A DNA stretch of 64,000 nt from Minisyncoccota bacterium (GCA_031291905.1 JARLIC010000137.1:51762-115761), one strand, 5' to 3'; numbered from the stretch's first letter, positions 45,256 through 54,225 are shown. Made by a program: numbers and translations. Notes: a model not told the origin generated them from the sequence alone.

Positions 45256-46150
45256 CCTCCTCTAAGTAATCGATGCGCTGGCCGATCCACCGCATCATGG
45301 GAACTGGGAAAGAATTGCCGAGCACCGTCGTTCGCTGCTTGTCGCTCGCGGGGCGACCCTTATAAGTGACGCTCGTCCACTCATCCGGAAATCCCTGAAG
45401 CCTCTCCCACTCGATCGGCGTGAGCCGCCTTGTGATGCCGTCCCTGGCCACAAGCACTCCTTCGCCACCCTGACTTGCCCGAAGCGTCGGCGTCATTCCG
45501 ACGCAAGCTTTAGGGGTAGGGTCTCCGGTCCAACCGACGGGCTCCTTCCGAGTGCTTCCAGGAATTCGGGCGGCGCCGTCTTTCCGTATCGCGGAAACCT
45601 TGCCAGCATCTTGTCGATGGCCTCTGGCGTCAAAAAGTACCGCTGCGGCACGCTGCCATCGTCCTCCAGAATGTCCGACAACGAAGACGCGACGGCGTCG
45701 CTGGGGGACTCCGAAAGACTGGCAGTCCAGCACACGCCAGCACACGCCAAACCCGCACTCGGCCAGGATTTCAAGGAAGTTTCCGAAAGCCCTTCCGTTG
45801 TCGATGGACAGGATGCCAGGGACGTTTTCCCAGACGAACCATCGCGGGCGAAGAACCTCAAGAAGTCTTGCATAGTGCAGCGTGAGTCCGCCGCGATCGT
45901 CAGCCATGCCTTGTCGGCTTCCGACAATGGACCAACTTTGGCAAGGCGGTCCGCCAACGAGGACGTCGATCGGCCCATGTTCATCTCCGATGGTCGTCAT
46001 GTCGCCAAGGTTAGGAACGCTCGGATGCCGTTCAGCCAGCAACGCTGAAGCGAATGGGTCGATTTCAGAGAAAAAAGACGGCTTCCATCCCAGCGGTTCC
46101 CACGCCACCGTGGCGGCTTCTATCCCGCTGCACACACTGCCATAGATCAT
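45236..46150 (-). CDS. dcm: C5 DNA cytosine methyltransferase
   Basis: SVCSGIEA (I), GGPPCQ (IV), WENVPG (VI), QRRRRVF (VIII), RRLTPIEWERLQGFP (IX), GNS (X). Confidence 0.92.
   Translation of the reverse strand: MIYGSVCSGIEAATVAWEPLGWKPSFFSEIDPFASALLAERHPSVPNLGDMTTIGDEHGPIDVLVGGPPCQSWSIVGSRQGMADDRGGLTLHYARLLEVLRPRWFVWENVPGILSIDNGRAFGNFLEILAECGFGVCWRVLDCQSFGVPQRRRRVFVVGHSGGRWQRAAAVLFDARGHRQDAGKVSAIRKDGAARIPGSTRKEPVGWTGDPTPKACVGMTPTLRASQGGEGVLVARDGITRRLTPIEWERLQGFPDEWTSVTYKGRPASDKQRTTVLGNSFPVPMMRWIGQRIDYLEEVDRENP
45493..45984 (-). CDS. Nested alternative-frame ORF resembling the M.EcoHK31I beta-subunit type
   Basis: Lies entirely inside dcm; GGAG RBS; ESPSDAVASSLSDILE...VPQRYFLTPEAIDKMLAR...GK...EAL. 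Confidence 0.7.
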   Translation of the reverse strand: MNMGRSTSSLADRLAKVGPLSEADKAWLTIAADSRCTMQDFLRFFARDGSSGKTSLASCPSTTEGLSETSLKSWPSAGLACAGVCWTASLSESPSDAVASSLSDILEDDGSVPQRYFLTPEAIDKMLARFPRYGKTAPPEFLEALGRSPSVGPETLPLKLASE

Positions 46151-46217
46151 CGTCGCTATCCCAATCCTGAATCGCCACGCAAGGTTCACGCGACTCGACG
46201 ATGTTGCTTTGCCATAA

Positions 46218-47327
46218 TTACTTATTGATCGGCATAACAACATACGTATAATTTTCGCCCGACCTGAACACCACCGCGTTCTTCGGGTCCAGCAAATCCA
46301 CCGTCAGGACCGTATCCATCTCCAGTGACCGCAACGCTTCGACGACGTACTGCGGGTCCATCGTCAGCGACATTCCATCCCCATCGAAGCCGCCCAGCAA
46401 AGGCAACTCGATGCACGATTGGCCGACGTCTGAGGCGTTGCTGGTCAACTCCACGCCATCGGACGAGAACTTGAACGTGACGCCCCGGCTTTCCTCGCTG
46501 GTCACGATCGAAGCCTGTTGCGTGGCCGACAAGAACGACGCCACGTCCAGCGGGATCGTGTACGTCGAGCTTTTGGGAAACACATCCTGATATCGCGGGA
46601 ACCGGCCTTCCACCAGCCGACTGTAGATCACGCTGTTCGACGACCGAACCACGACCGCAACGCCCTTAAGGAAGGCGACGTGAATCTGATCGCCGTCGCC
46701 GGACAGAGCCTTGTCGATCAGCTTCAGAGCTTTGACCGGAAGAACGCATTGCGAATCGTCCACGTCGCCGACCCGCTCAGCAGGAACCGTGGCTCGTGCC
46801 AGACGGCGGCCGTCGGTTCCGACGAACGAGACGCTGTCGTCCGCCCGTTCGACCAGGACGCCGCCGAGAGCGTATCGAGCCGAGTTCAGGTCGGTCGCAA
46901 AAGCCGTCCTCTTGATCAGCTTCTTCAAGTCCGAGTCGATCAGGACCATGTACGATTCGCTGTCAAACCCGGCTGGCTCGGGGAACAAACTTGGTTCTTC
47001 GTTCGGCAGGTTGAACCGTGACCGCTTGCCCCGGATCAGCAACTTGTCATCATCGGCTTCGATGCTGATCTCGTCGTCGATCGACGTCCGCAGGATTTGA
47101 CTGACGCGGTCGGTCGGCAGGATAACATGGCCGTCTCGATCGAACTTCACGCCAAGCAGCGTCCGCCGCACCCCGACTTCCAGATCCGTCGCGATCAATG
47201 TGCATTCGTCGTTGTCGATGACAAGTTTCACGTTTTGCAGGATCGGCTTGGGTGATCGAGCCGGCACGACGCTGGCGACCGTTGTAAACGCTTCGAGCAA
47301 GGCTTTTCGGTTGAACGTCGCTTTCAA
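46218..47327 (-). CDS. dnaN: DNA polymerase III beta sliding clamp
   Basis: SPKPILQNV, ATDLEVG, RYALGGV, VGTDGRRLA, SRLVEGRFPRY, YVVMPI; TTG start. Confidence 0.95.
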   Translation of the reverse strand: MKATFNRKALLEAFTTVASVVPARSPKPILQNVKLVIDNDECTLIATDLEVGVRRTLLGVKFDRDGHVILPTDRVSQILRTSIDDEISIEADDDKLLIRGKRSRFNLPNEEPSLFPEPAGFDSESYMVLIDSDLKKLIKRTAFATDLNSARYALGGVLVERADDSVSFVGTDGRRLARATVPAERVGDVDDSQCVLPVKALKLIDKALSGDGDQIHVAFLKGVAVVVRSSNSVIYSRLVEGRFPRYQDVFPKSSTYTIPLDVASFLSATQQASIVTSEESRGVTFKFSSDGVELTSNASDVGQSCIELPLLGGFDGDGMSLTMDPQYVVEALRSLEMDTVLTVDLLDPKNAVVFRSGENYTYVVMPINK

Positions 47328-47707
47328 GGTTCCACCTCGTGTGTCGGGCCATCTGATAGAAAGGTAGCCATCTGGTAATAGAACTTCTCTCGCCCCTCGA
47401 AGTCGTCTTCGACGGCGCATGCTTCGACCTTGCCGGCGTCCAAAAACATCGCCGCCGCACAGCCAGCCTGATCGATTTCGAGGTATACAGTGCGGTACTT
47501 ATGGGATTCGGTGTGTTTGAACATCATGCCGATTCCACCCTGGACGCAAGGTGACAGCCGCGTCAGGAATTGCATTCCTGGGTATTCAGCGAACAAGAAG
47601 TACTGAGCGACATCCAAAGCTTCCAGCGTCGGCGTCGGTGCGTCATATCCGTCCCACCCTGGCTTGAGCATCGTCAGCTTCACGAGCTTGGATTTCCAGT
47701 CGATCAC
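47324..47707 (-). CDS. Hypothetical protein (GWDGYDA family)
   Basis: LKPGWDGYDAPTP...PCVQGGI. Confidence 0.6.
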   Translation of the reverse strand: MIDWKSKLVKLTMLKPGWDGYDAPTPTLEALDVAQYFLFAEYPGMQFLTRLSPCVQGGIGMMFKHTESHKYRTVYLEIDQAGCAAAMFLDAGKVEACAVEDDFEGREKFYYQMATFLSDGPTHEVEP

Positions 47708-48126
47708 GCTTCCCCTGACTCCCTCTGATCTCGATCCGCAAAAAACGTCTCGTAATCTGCTTTCGTCAACGACAGCAACTCGTCGTCCGGCATGCTGGCG
47801 AGGTAGGTGTTCCACTTTTCCCAGAAGTCGACTTTAGGCTTAGCCTCTTCTTGATCTCTCTCGAACTCGATCCTGTACCTACACCACCAATCACAGAACA
47901 CAACGTCTAATGCTTCGGGTTTCGTCCTATCTCCAAGCATTTCGTCAAGGGATGCTATGTTCGCCTTGACTATCGCGAGTTTGGCACTACACGACTTAAA
48001 CTGGTATCCGACCTCATCCTTGACCACCTTCGCCGGCACCTTGATCGCCCACGATTCGACGCCGACCGCGTCCATCCCGGTGGGGAACCAGACTCCGGGA
48101 GTGGATTGAAGGTCCCGCATGTTCAT
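47704..48126 (-). CDS. Hypothetical protein, likely paralog of 48123..48512
   Basis: FWEKWNTYL...LTKADYETFF. Confidence 0.6.
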   Translation of the reverse strand: MNMRDLQSTPGVWFPTGMDAVGVESWAIKVPAKVVKDEVGYQFKSCSAKLAIVKANIASLDEMLGDRTKPEALDVVFCDWWCRYRIEFERDQEEAKPKVDFWEKWNTYLASMPDDELLSLTKADYETFFADRDQRESGEA

Positions 48127-48512
48127 GATTCAGGCTCCCTTGGTTTGCCGACGCCTCGATAGAAGAACCGGTAGTCGTCGATCGTAAATCTCAGTTTCAC
48201 TGTCGGCTCGATCGTCAGAAGGAAGTCGTGCCAGGTTTCCCAGTACTGAATCTGGCTGACAGCCCTATCGCGGAGAGACGTCCCTTCGAGGCGTATTTTC
48301 ATGTCGCTTTCCCAATACGCGACGTGCTTCTTTATCACAAAGTCGGCGACGTCCCCCGCCTCAATCTCGCACGTCCAGTTGTCGCGGCCGACAGCAGTCT
48401 GTACGTATTTCATTCCGTCTTCCATGGTCCCAATTCTCCCGATCGTCGTCCACTTGACCGTAATCGGGGGATACGGCGATCCGTCGGGCTGTAGACTAGG
48501 CATGTTCATCAC
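48123..48512 (-). CDS. Hypothetical protein, likely paralog of 47704..48126
   Basis: YWETWHDFL...FTIDDYRFFY. Confidence 0.6.
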   Translation of the reverse strand: MMNMPSLQPDGSPYPPITVKWTTIGRIGTMEDGMKYVQTAVGRDNWTCEIEAGDVADFVIKKHVAYWESDMKIRLEGTSLRDRAVSQIQYWETWHDFLLTIEPTVKLRFTIDDYRFFYRGVGKPREPES

Positions 48513-48796
48513 GCCGCCTCCTGGTGAATCAAATGCTCCGCGTCACACACCTTGAGGATGCTCAACGCGAGCTGGACCGCCTGATCCCTGGGTAGCTTCA
48601 TGAACCCCCACAGGCCAGGGCTTTTGAACGACACGTCGATCAAATCGCCTTCGCCGTCCTGGACCGCGATTTTGGCTACGGACTGGGCCTCAACGCGAAC
48701 GGTGTCGATCGGCCTTCCGGAGAGCGACCGATTGACCGTCAGCATCCGCATGGCCGTCTCTCGAAGCGAAACACTCATCTTCGCTCGCATTCTCAT
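48509..48796 (-). CDS. Hypothetical protein, first gene of the leftward operon
   Basis: GAGGAG RBS, downstream of a near-consensus promoter. Confidence 0.6.
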   Translation of the reverse strand: MRMRAKMSVSLRETAMRMLTVNRSLSGRPIDTVRVEAQSVAKIAVQDGEGDLIDVSFKSPGLWGFMKLPRDQAVQLALSILKVCDAEHLIHQEAA

Positions 48797-48844
48797 GGGC
48801 TCCTCGATTGTCTTGCTTTCAAGCGTCCATCCTCAGCGAGCCCA

Positions 48845-48873
48845 ATCCTACCGGGCGAACATTTGCATGTCAA
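48845..48873 (-). promoter_or_regulatory. Sigma70-like leftward early promoter
   Basis: TTGACA-N17-TAGGAT. Confidence 0.75.
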
Positions 48874-48929
48874 TGGAGAAAGCAAGAAATTTCACTTGCC
48901 ACTAAACAGGGCTTCATGAAGTGAAATCC

Positions 48930-49305
48930 GAGCCGTCGAGACCTTTCGACGGGGAGGGTTTCGCAAGACTCCTCCGCGTTCGGCTGGTCCCGGCCCCATC
49001 GCGAATAGTTGGAGCCCACACGCAGAAATGGCCCAGGATGCCCCAGGAGCGATCCGTGATGTCAAACTGATGGAATCTACCAACCTGGTCCCGGCGATCG
49101 CGTGGTGAGCCCAGGAGAGGCCTCCGAACGCAGGGGGTTGCGAGCCGGGCGACGGCGTCCCCCGCGAACCGATTTTCGGCCTCGCGTGATATACAAGAAA
49201 AACCGTCGGCCTCGTGCGAATTCGGAATTAGCTTGCGCAGTACAAGAACAAGCGTCGCTCAATCTGGATTGCGAGCCGTTCGCCGTCGAAAGGTCTCGAC
49301 GGCTC
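48930..49305. repeat. Perfect 23-bp inverted repeat pair
   Basis: GAGCCGTCGAGACCTTTCGACGG at 48930-48952 and its exact reverse complement at 49283-49305. Confidence 0.9.
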
Positions 49306-49505
49306 ACGTCTCCCCTTAGAATTTGCATTCAGGTAAGAAGATTAGATATGGCTAAACCAAATACTAAAACCTAATCCTTCGGAGTCAAAAAGACAATACT
49401 TCGCACGGCCAGCGTGCCCGAACCTTCTTTATATAGGGAATCCATCAAAGATCGTGAATGCAAGCGGCCGATTGTCTTGCTTTGCTAAAAATCTTGCAAT
49501 CTGTC

Positions 49506-49534
49506 TTGACGTTCGGAATAAACGGCGGTAGGAT
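49506..49534 (+). promoter_or_regulatory. Sigma70-like rightward early promoter
   Basis: TTGACG-N17-TAGGAT. Confidence 0.7.
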
Positions 49535-49574
49535 CTGGCTCGGGCGACAAGAACGTTGGAATGGCAAGGAGAAC

Positions 49575-50741
49575 ATGCGAATGAGTGAGCTGATCGTGGA
49601 GGTGTGCGAAGTACTGGAAGTCCTGCCGCATGGGAATGCGGATCGGCTTGAGATCGTCACGGTGAAAAATTGGCCCGTGGTTGTCCAGAAGGGCCTTCTC
49701 AAGCAAGGCGATCCCGTCGTTTTCTTTCCGCCGGACAGCGTCTTGACCGAAGAACTGGCCGATCGGCTCGGCATCCGGAAGTACCTCGCCCCGGTCAAGA
49801 CCGGCGAATCCGTCACCGGCTATCGGGTCCGGGCCACTCGGCTTCGCGGTGTCGCCAGTTTCGGGACGATCGACCATGAGATCCCGGAAGGCTTCGCGGT
49901 CGGGGCCGACGTGGCGGAGCACTACGGCGTAACGAAGTGGGAGCCGCCGGCACGGGGTGGCGACAATTGGGCTGGCGGAGGGCTCAAGGGCAGCCAGTAT
50001 CGCGTCACCAATGCGGCGTTCCACCGATACAAGAGCATCAGCAATATTCGGCACAATCGCAATGCGTTCAAGGACGGCGAGATGGTCGTCCTCACGGAGA
50101 AGGTCCACGGCTCCAATATGAGGTCCGGCCTCATCAAGACGCCGTACGACCCCGGAACCGGCTTTATTGGTTTCTTGCGGCGGATTTACTGCCGGGTGTT
50201 CGGTTCGCCGGAGCCGACCTACGAGTTGATGGCCGGGAGCCACAACCTTCCTCGCGACGTCTATAGCGAAGACGGCAGCCTCACAGAGTACGCCCTCCCG
50301 ATCGGCGAACCGAACGTCGTCGGCCTGCTCAAGTACCTGAGCAACGGCGAGCACGACGTCATCCTGTTCAGCGAACTGTTCGGCAGCGGCGTCCAAGATA
50401 TGACGTATGGCCACAAGGACGGCAGTCGTGGCTTCCTGGCCTTCGACATCACGATCGACGGACGATATCTGGACGCGGTTGAGAAGTACGACCTGCTGTC
50501 CCGCTATCAGGTACCGACCGTCCCCGTGCTTTACACGGGACCCTTCTCATGGGATGTCGTCGAAGCCTATACCGATGGCCCGACCACGATCTGTGATCCC
50601 AAGGATGCCGGCCCGTTCAAGGGTCGCGAGGGCGTCGTCGTGACGTGCTTGACGGAGCCTCGGGACTATCCAGGCCGGAAGATTTACAAGTCGATTTCGG
50701 CGGATTATTTGGCCCGGAAGAATGCCACGGATTCCCACTGA
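49575..50741 (+). CDS. RNA ligase, DRB0094 family
   Basis: N-terminal PHGNADRLE...FFPPDS...RLRGVAS; nucleotidyltransferase motifs TEKVHGSN, ELFG, AFDI, EGVVV, KSIS. Confidence 0.9.
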   Translation: MRMSELIVEVCEVLEVLPHGNADRLEIVTVKNWPVVVQKGLLKQGDPVVFFPPDSVLTEELADRLGIRKYLAPVKTGESVTGYRVRATRLRGVASFGTIDHEIPEGFAVGADVAEHYGVTKWEPPARGGDNWAGGGLKGSQYRVTNAAFHRYKSISNIRHNRNAFKDGEMVVLTEKVHGSNMRSGLIKTPYDPGTGFIGFLRRIYCRVFGSPEPTYELMAGSHNLPRDVYSEDGSLTEYALPIGEPNVVGLLKYLSNGEHDVILFSELFGSGVQDMTYGHKDGSRGFLAFDITIDGRYLDAVEKYDLLSRYQVPTVPVLYTGPFSWDVVEAYTDGPTTICDPKDAGPFKGREGVVVTCLTEPRDYPGRKIYKSISADYLARKNATDSH

Positions 50742-50752
50742 GGAGGATCAAG

Positions 50753-51142
50753 ATGAGCGATAAGGCGAACGGCGGCTACGTGATCCCGGAGAATATCTTG
50801 AACATGATGGAATTCGGATTCTCCGGAGTCCACGAGAAGAAGCCCGTGGCCATGAGGCATGCTGAGGTCGACAAGGCTTTCCTCGCGGCCAAGAAGGCTT
50901 GTGCAGAACTGATCGAGGCCGAGAACGCCTATCTCGTGTCGCGGGGCTTCGTGATGGAGCTTGATCACGAGAAGGAGGTCGTCCGGTGGCGCGAACCCAA
51001 GGAGCATGGCGGCTCGCTTTGGGGGCGGCAGCAAGCCCTCGGGGTCGCATGCAGGAAAGAGCAGATGGCTAAATACGCAGCCGAGCAGGATATCGCGAAA
51101 CTCAAGGCTGAGCATGGGATTGAGGACGGGGGTGCGAAGTGA
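50753..51142 (+). CDS. Hypothetical protein
   Basis: GAGGAGG RBS. Confidence 0.6.
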   Translation: MSDKANGGYVIPENILNMMEFGFSGVHEKKPVAMRHAEVDKAFLAAKKACAELIEAENAYLVSRGFVMELDHEKEVVRWREPKEHGGSLWGRQQALGVACRKEQMAKYAAEQDIAKLKAEHGIEDGGAK

Positions 51143-51750
51143 GCGAACAAGCCAAAAGCAGCGACGCGCGATCCCCGCACACTGACGCCCTCGATACGCT
51201 CGGAAGCATCATTACAGAGAACGAAAAGCGAGACGCGATCCACCTGGCGGTTGAAAATGTCGTGGCGGCCCACGTTCTTCGGCCTGGAGAGCATGTCGGT
51301 TTCTGGGCTGTTGGGATAGTCGGGAGCAGTTCTAAGCCAGTTGGGATCGTCGATCCTTTCCTGAAGACGGCCGTCAATGAAGGCGAGCACTTCTGGCTGA
51401 TCGTCTACCCTCGCCAGATCACGTCGCTTCGTCACGTCTGGACGCACCCGGCGTTTCCTGACGCATCGGAGCTGAAGACGCAGGAGGTCGCGATTCAACG
51501 CGAAGTCGATCCCGTTGCGGAGTCACGGCGGTGGATCGATAACTTCGCCGCGTCAATCGATCAAACGACCAATCGGCTGATGGAGGCGGCTGCCACTTGG
51601 ATCAATGACCGCGAGTTCACGTACGACAACAGCCGAGCCTATAGTGACTTTCAGCACAAGTTCCCGGAGTTCTGGGGCCACTATGAAGTCGTGACTGGGG
51701 CGAAGGTTGAAGAGGACGATCGCGAGAGGTTCTTTACGTGTGGCTGCTAA
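51139..51750 (+). CDS. Conserved phage hypothetical protein
   Basis: RDAIHLAV...GIVDPFL...FWLIVYPRQITSLRHVWTHPAF...FFTCGC. Confidence 0.7.
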   Translation: MSEQAKSSDARSPHTDALDTLGSIITENEKRDAIHLAVENVVAAHVLRPGEHVGFWAVGIVGSSSKPVGIVDPFLKTAVNEGEHFWLIVYPRQITSLRHVWTHPAFPDASELKTQEVAIQREVDPVAESRRWIDNFAASIDQTTNRLMEAAATWINDREFTYDNSRAYSDFQHKFPEFWGHYEVVTGAKVEEDDRERFFTCGC

Positions 51751-51763
51751 GGGAGGAAGCGAA

Positions 51764-52207
51764 ATGAATCGTCGTATCTTTGGAAAGAAATCAACAGGTT
51801 GGCTTGCGGCGTTCGGGGCTGTGCTTGGCGTGAAGACGGCACAGGCCCATGAGCCTTTCGGCCTGAAGGCGACGGGCCAACTAGAGACGATGGGCTACTG
51901 GAAAACCAAGCCGGATAATCCTGCCAGCACCGATCGGTATGGAATTTACATCAAGTTGGATAGTCCAGTTATCCAAGATGACGGAACCAAGTTGGATGAT
52001 TTCATCCTCCATATTTCAGAGTGCCGCAGGGCGTGGCATCTAAAATACAGAGTGACGAGTGCGGATGGAGTCATCTCGAAACAGTCAATCCATTGCGATC
52101 AACGCAATGCTATTCACGTCAATCGGAAGGGCTTGGATCAAATCCAGATTGGGACGGCTGCAATTTTCTTGCCGCCGAAGTACGAGGAGACGTCTTCATG
52201 TCCATGA
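51764..52207 (+). CDS. Twin-arginine (Tat) signal protein 1
   Basis: MNRRIFGKKSTGWLAAFGAVLGVKTAQA. Confidence 0.7.
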   Translation: MNRRIFGKKSTGWLAAFGAVLGVKTAQAHEPFGLKATGQLETMGYWKTKPDNPASTDRYGIYIKLDSPVIQDDGTKLDDFILHISECRRAWHLKYRVTSADGVISKQSIHCDQRNAIHVNRKGLDQIQIGTAAIFLPPKYEETSSCP

Positions 52208-52632
52208 ATCTGAATCGCCGCGCCTTCAGCAAGAAATCAGCCGGAGCATTCGGAGCCGTCCTCGCAGCCCTGGGCGTGAAGACGGCGACGGCGGAGAAGC
52301 TGTCGACGCCGATGGCTGGTGGTCGGCTGGAGACGGTGGGCTATTGGACCCACGAAACCTGCAAGCCCGATGTCGATCCATTGCCGGCCGTGCATCTCCA
52401 TGGTCAGGATTGGCCCGCTGGGTCCAAACGGCTCCACGTGCAATCCAGGGTGGCCAAGCTAAATCACAGCTATACGGCCGCATGGAAAGGCAAGCCACAA
52501 ATGAAGTGCACCAATTGGGCCGTCGTTCGCGTGTACCTGAACCGCGATGGAACAGAGACGTACGAGTTTGTCCCGGCCGATGGTCAGTCTGAATTGCTTC
52601 GCAAGAATGAGCCGATCGGCACCTTTTCCTGA
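52198..52632 (+). CDS. Twin-arginine (Tat) signal protein 2
   Basis: MNLNRRAFSKKSAGAFGAVLAALGVKTATA. Confidence 0.7.
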   Translation: MSMNLNRRAFSKKSAGAFGAVLAALGVKTATAEKLSTPMAGGRLETVGYWTHETCKPDVDPLPAVHLHGQDWPAGSKRLHVQSRVAKLNHSYTAAWKGKPQMKCTNWAVVRVYLNRDGTETYEFVPADGQSELLRKNEPIGTFS

Positions 52633-52642
52633 AAGGACCACC

Positions 52643-52981
52643 ATGAACCGGCGTGACTTCGTTGGCAAGGCGGCTGGGGCTTCGGCCCTGGCTGCTACTG
52701 GCGGAATGGCAAAGGCTGACGTAGTCGAGCCGCCGGCAGAGGTTTGCAAACTTCGGCACACGGCCGAAGATGGGCCGCCGTGCGTGAGGATCAAGGTGCT
52801 CGGGGTCACGAAAATCTATGACATGAGCGCCACGAGCTGGAATAGCGATCACCCCGGCTCCAAATGGGAATGCGAGTACGAGTTGACTCGGATCGACGGC
52901 AGCACGGTAATCAGAACCGCGAACACGGTTCAACTGGGCAGCGACAAGCAGCCCAAATCCTTTGGATTCGACCTCTCTTGA
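52643..52981 (+). CDS. Twin-arginine (Tat) signal protein 3
   Basis: MNRRDFVGKAAGASALAATGGMAKA. Confidence 0.75.
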   Translation: MNRRDFVGKAAGASALAATGGMAKADVVEPPAEVCKLRHTAEDGPPCVRIKVLGVTKIYDMSATSWNSDHPGSKWECEYELTRIDGSTVIRTANTVQLGSDKQPKSFGFDLS

Positions 52982-53002
52982 CAATCAGGAGTCCCCAGAG
53001 AA

Positions 53003-53316
53003 TGCATGATCGCACGGAGCACCTCGACTTGCTGGCCGACCACGTTGTTGAGATCATAGGCGGGCTTCAGCGTGAAGCCGTCCGGGAAGCCGTCAGCGAC
53101 GCGACCGCGATCAACATTTGCAAGATCAAACCTTCGGCTATTCATCCTAATGGCCAGCCGATGTTTGATGCCAAAACCTTGCAATACGCTGACGGCCTCA
53201 TGGAAGACGTGTTTAGCCACATCGCCAGCAAGTGGTCCGAGTTCCGCGAGATTCAGCGGCGGCTCTGTTCGGCGAGTGCGATGCATTACGATGAAAATGG
53301 GGACTTCGATCTATGA
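53003..53316 (+). CDS. Hypothetical protein
   Basis: ORF in the operon; start approximate (MHDRTEHL). Confidence 0.5.
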
Positions 53317-53570
53317 GCAAGGCAAAACCAGAAACCAGGAGTTCAGAACCAATCAAGGAGATCAAGAGCGAAATGCAAGTCCGTAGAGAAGTTTACGAAG
53401 CGGCGAAGCGAGACATCATCCAGGTCGTCGTCGAACTGGCCACGGAGCACGAGTTGTTCCCTATCGAGATCGTCGCGATCCTTGGCGAGATCGGTGCGAA
53501 GTTCTCGGTGGAAGAACTCAACCGCCAGTACGAAGAGTTCTACGAACCGGCCGACGCGGACGCGAGGTGA
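53313..53570 (+). CDS. Hypothetical protein
   Basis: ATGA-coupled. Confidence 0.55.
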   Translation: MSKAKPETRSSEPIKEIKSEMQVRREVYEAAKRDIIQVVVELATEHELFPIEIVAILGEIGAKFSVEELNRQYEEFYEPADADAR

Positions 53571-53628
53571 CAACGATGCAACCGCCCGCTCGACGATGAG
53601 TGGGCGGCCTTTTATCAGGAGTGCCATA

Positions 53629-54225
53629 TTGAGGTATGTGAGCATCGATATCGAGACGACGGGATTGAATCCGGAGACGGATCAGATCCTTGAGTTCGGA
53701 GCCGTGATCGACGACACGCTGAGGCCAGATGTTCCGGTTGAGGAACTGCCGACGTTCCGCAAGGTAATCCGGAGCGACCGGCTATCCGGGACGCCAATGG
53801 CAATCGCCATCAACGCGAGCCTGATCAACTTCATTGCTTCCGTGGAAAAGCCGGAAGAGAACGAATTGTTCTGCCTTCCTAAAGATCTTGGCTTCGAGTT
53901 CTTCGTTTGGCTTCGAGGTCATGGATTCAAGATCAAGAACAACTCGAATGCGGCCTTTGTGCCAGCAGGAAAGAACTACGCCGGATTCGATTCCAGGTTC
54001 CTAAATAAGATCCCCCACTGGAATACGTATCTGACTCCATGCCATCGCACGCTCGACCCCGCCATCCTCTACTTCGATCCCCTGAAGGACGAGAAGCCGC
54101 CGAGCCTTTACGAATGCCTGGAGCGGGCTGGGTTCGACGCTACGGTGAAGCACACGGCCGTCGACGACGCACGTGATGTGGTGCGACTTCTTAGGCATAA
54201 GTTTGCGGAGGTGTCTGGTGGCTGA
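53629..54225 (+). CDS. DEDDh 3'-5' exonuclease (DnaQ-like)
   Basis: SIDIETTG, GKNYAGFD, HTAVDDA. Confidence 0.9.
   Translation: MRYVSIDIETTGLNPETDQILEFGAVIDDTLRPDVPVEELPTFRKVIRSDRLSGTPMAIAINASLINFIASVEKPEENELFCLPKDLGFEFFVWLRGHGFKIKNNSNAAFVPAGKNYAGFDSRFLNKIPHWNTYLTPCHRTLDPAILYFDPLKDEKPPSLYECLERAGFDATVKHTAVDDARDVVRLLRHKFAEVSGG

Noticed and set aside
48892-49374. Short ORFs in the strand-switch region
   Set aside because: No convincing RBS or protein-like composition; they overlap the repeat structure.
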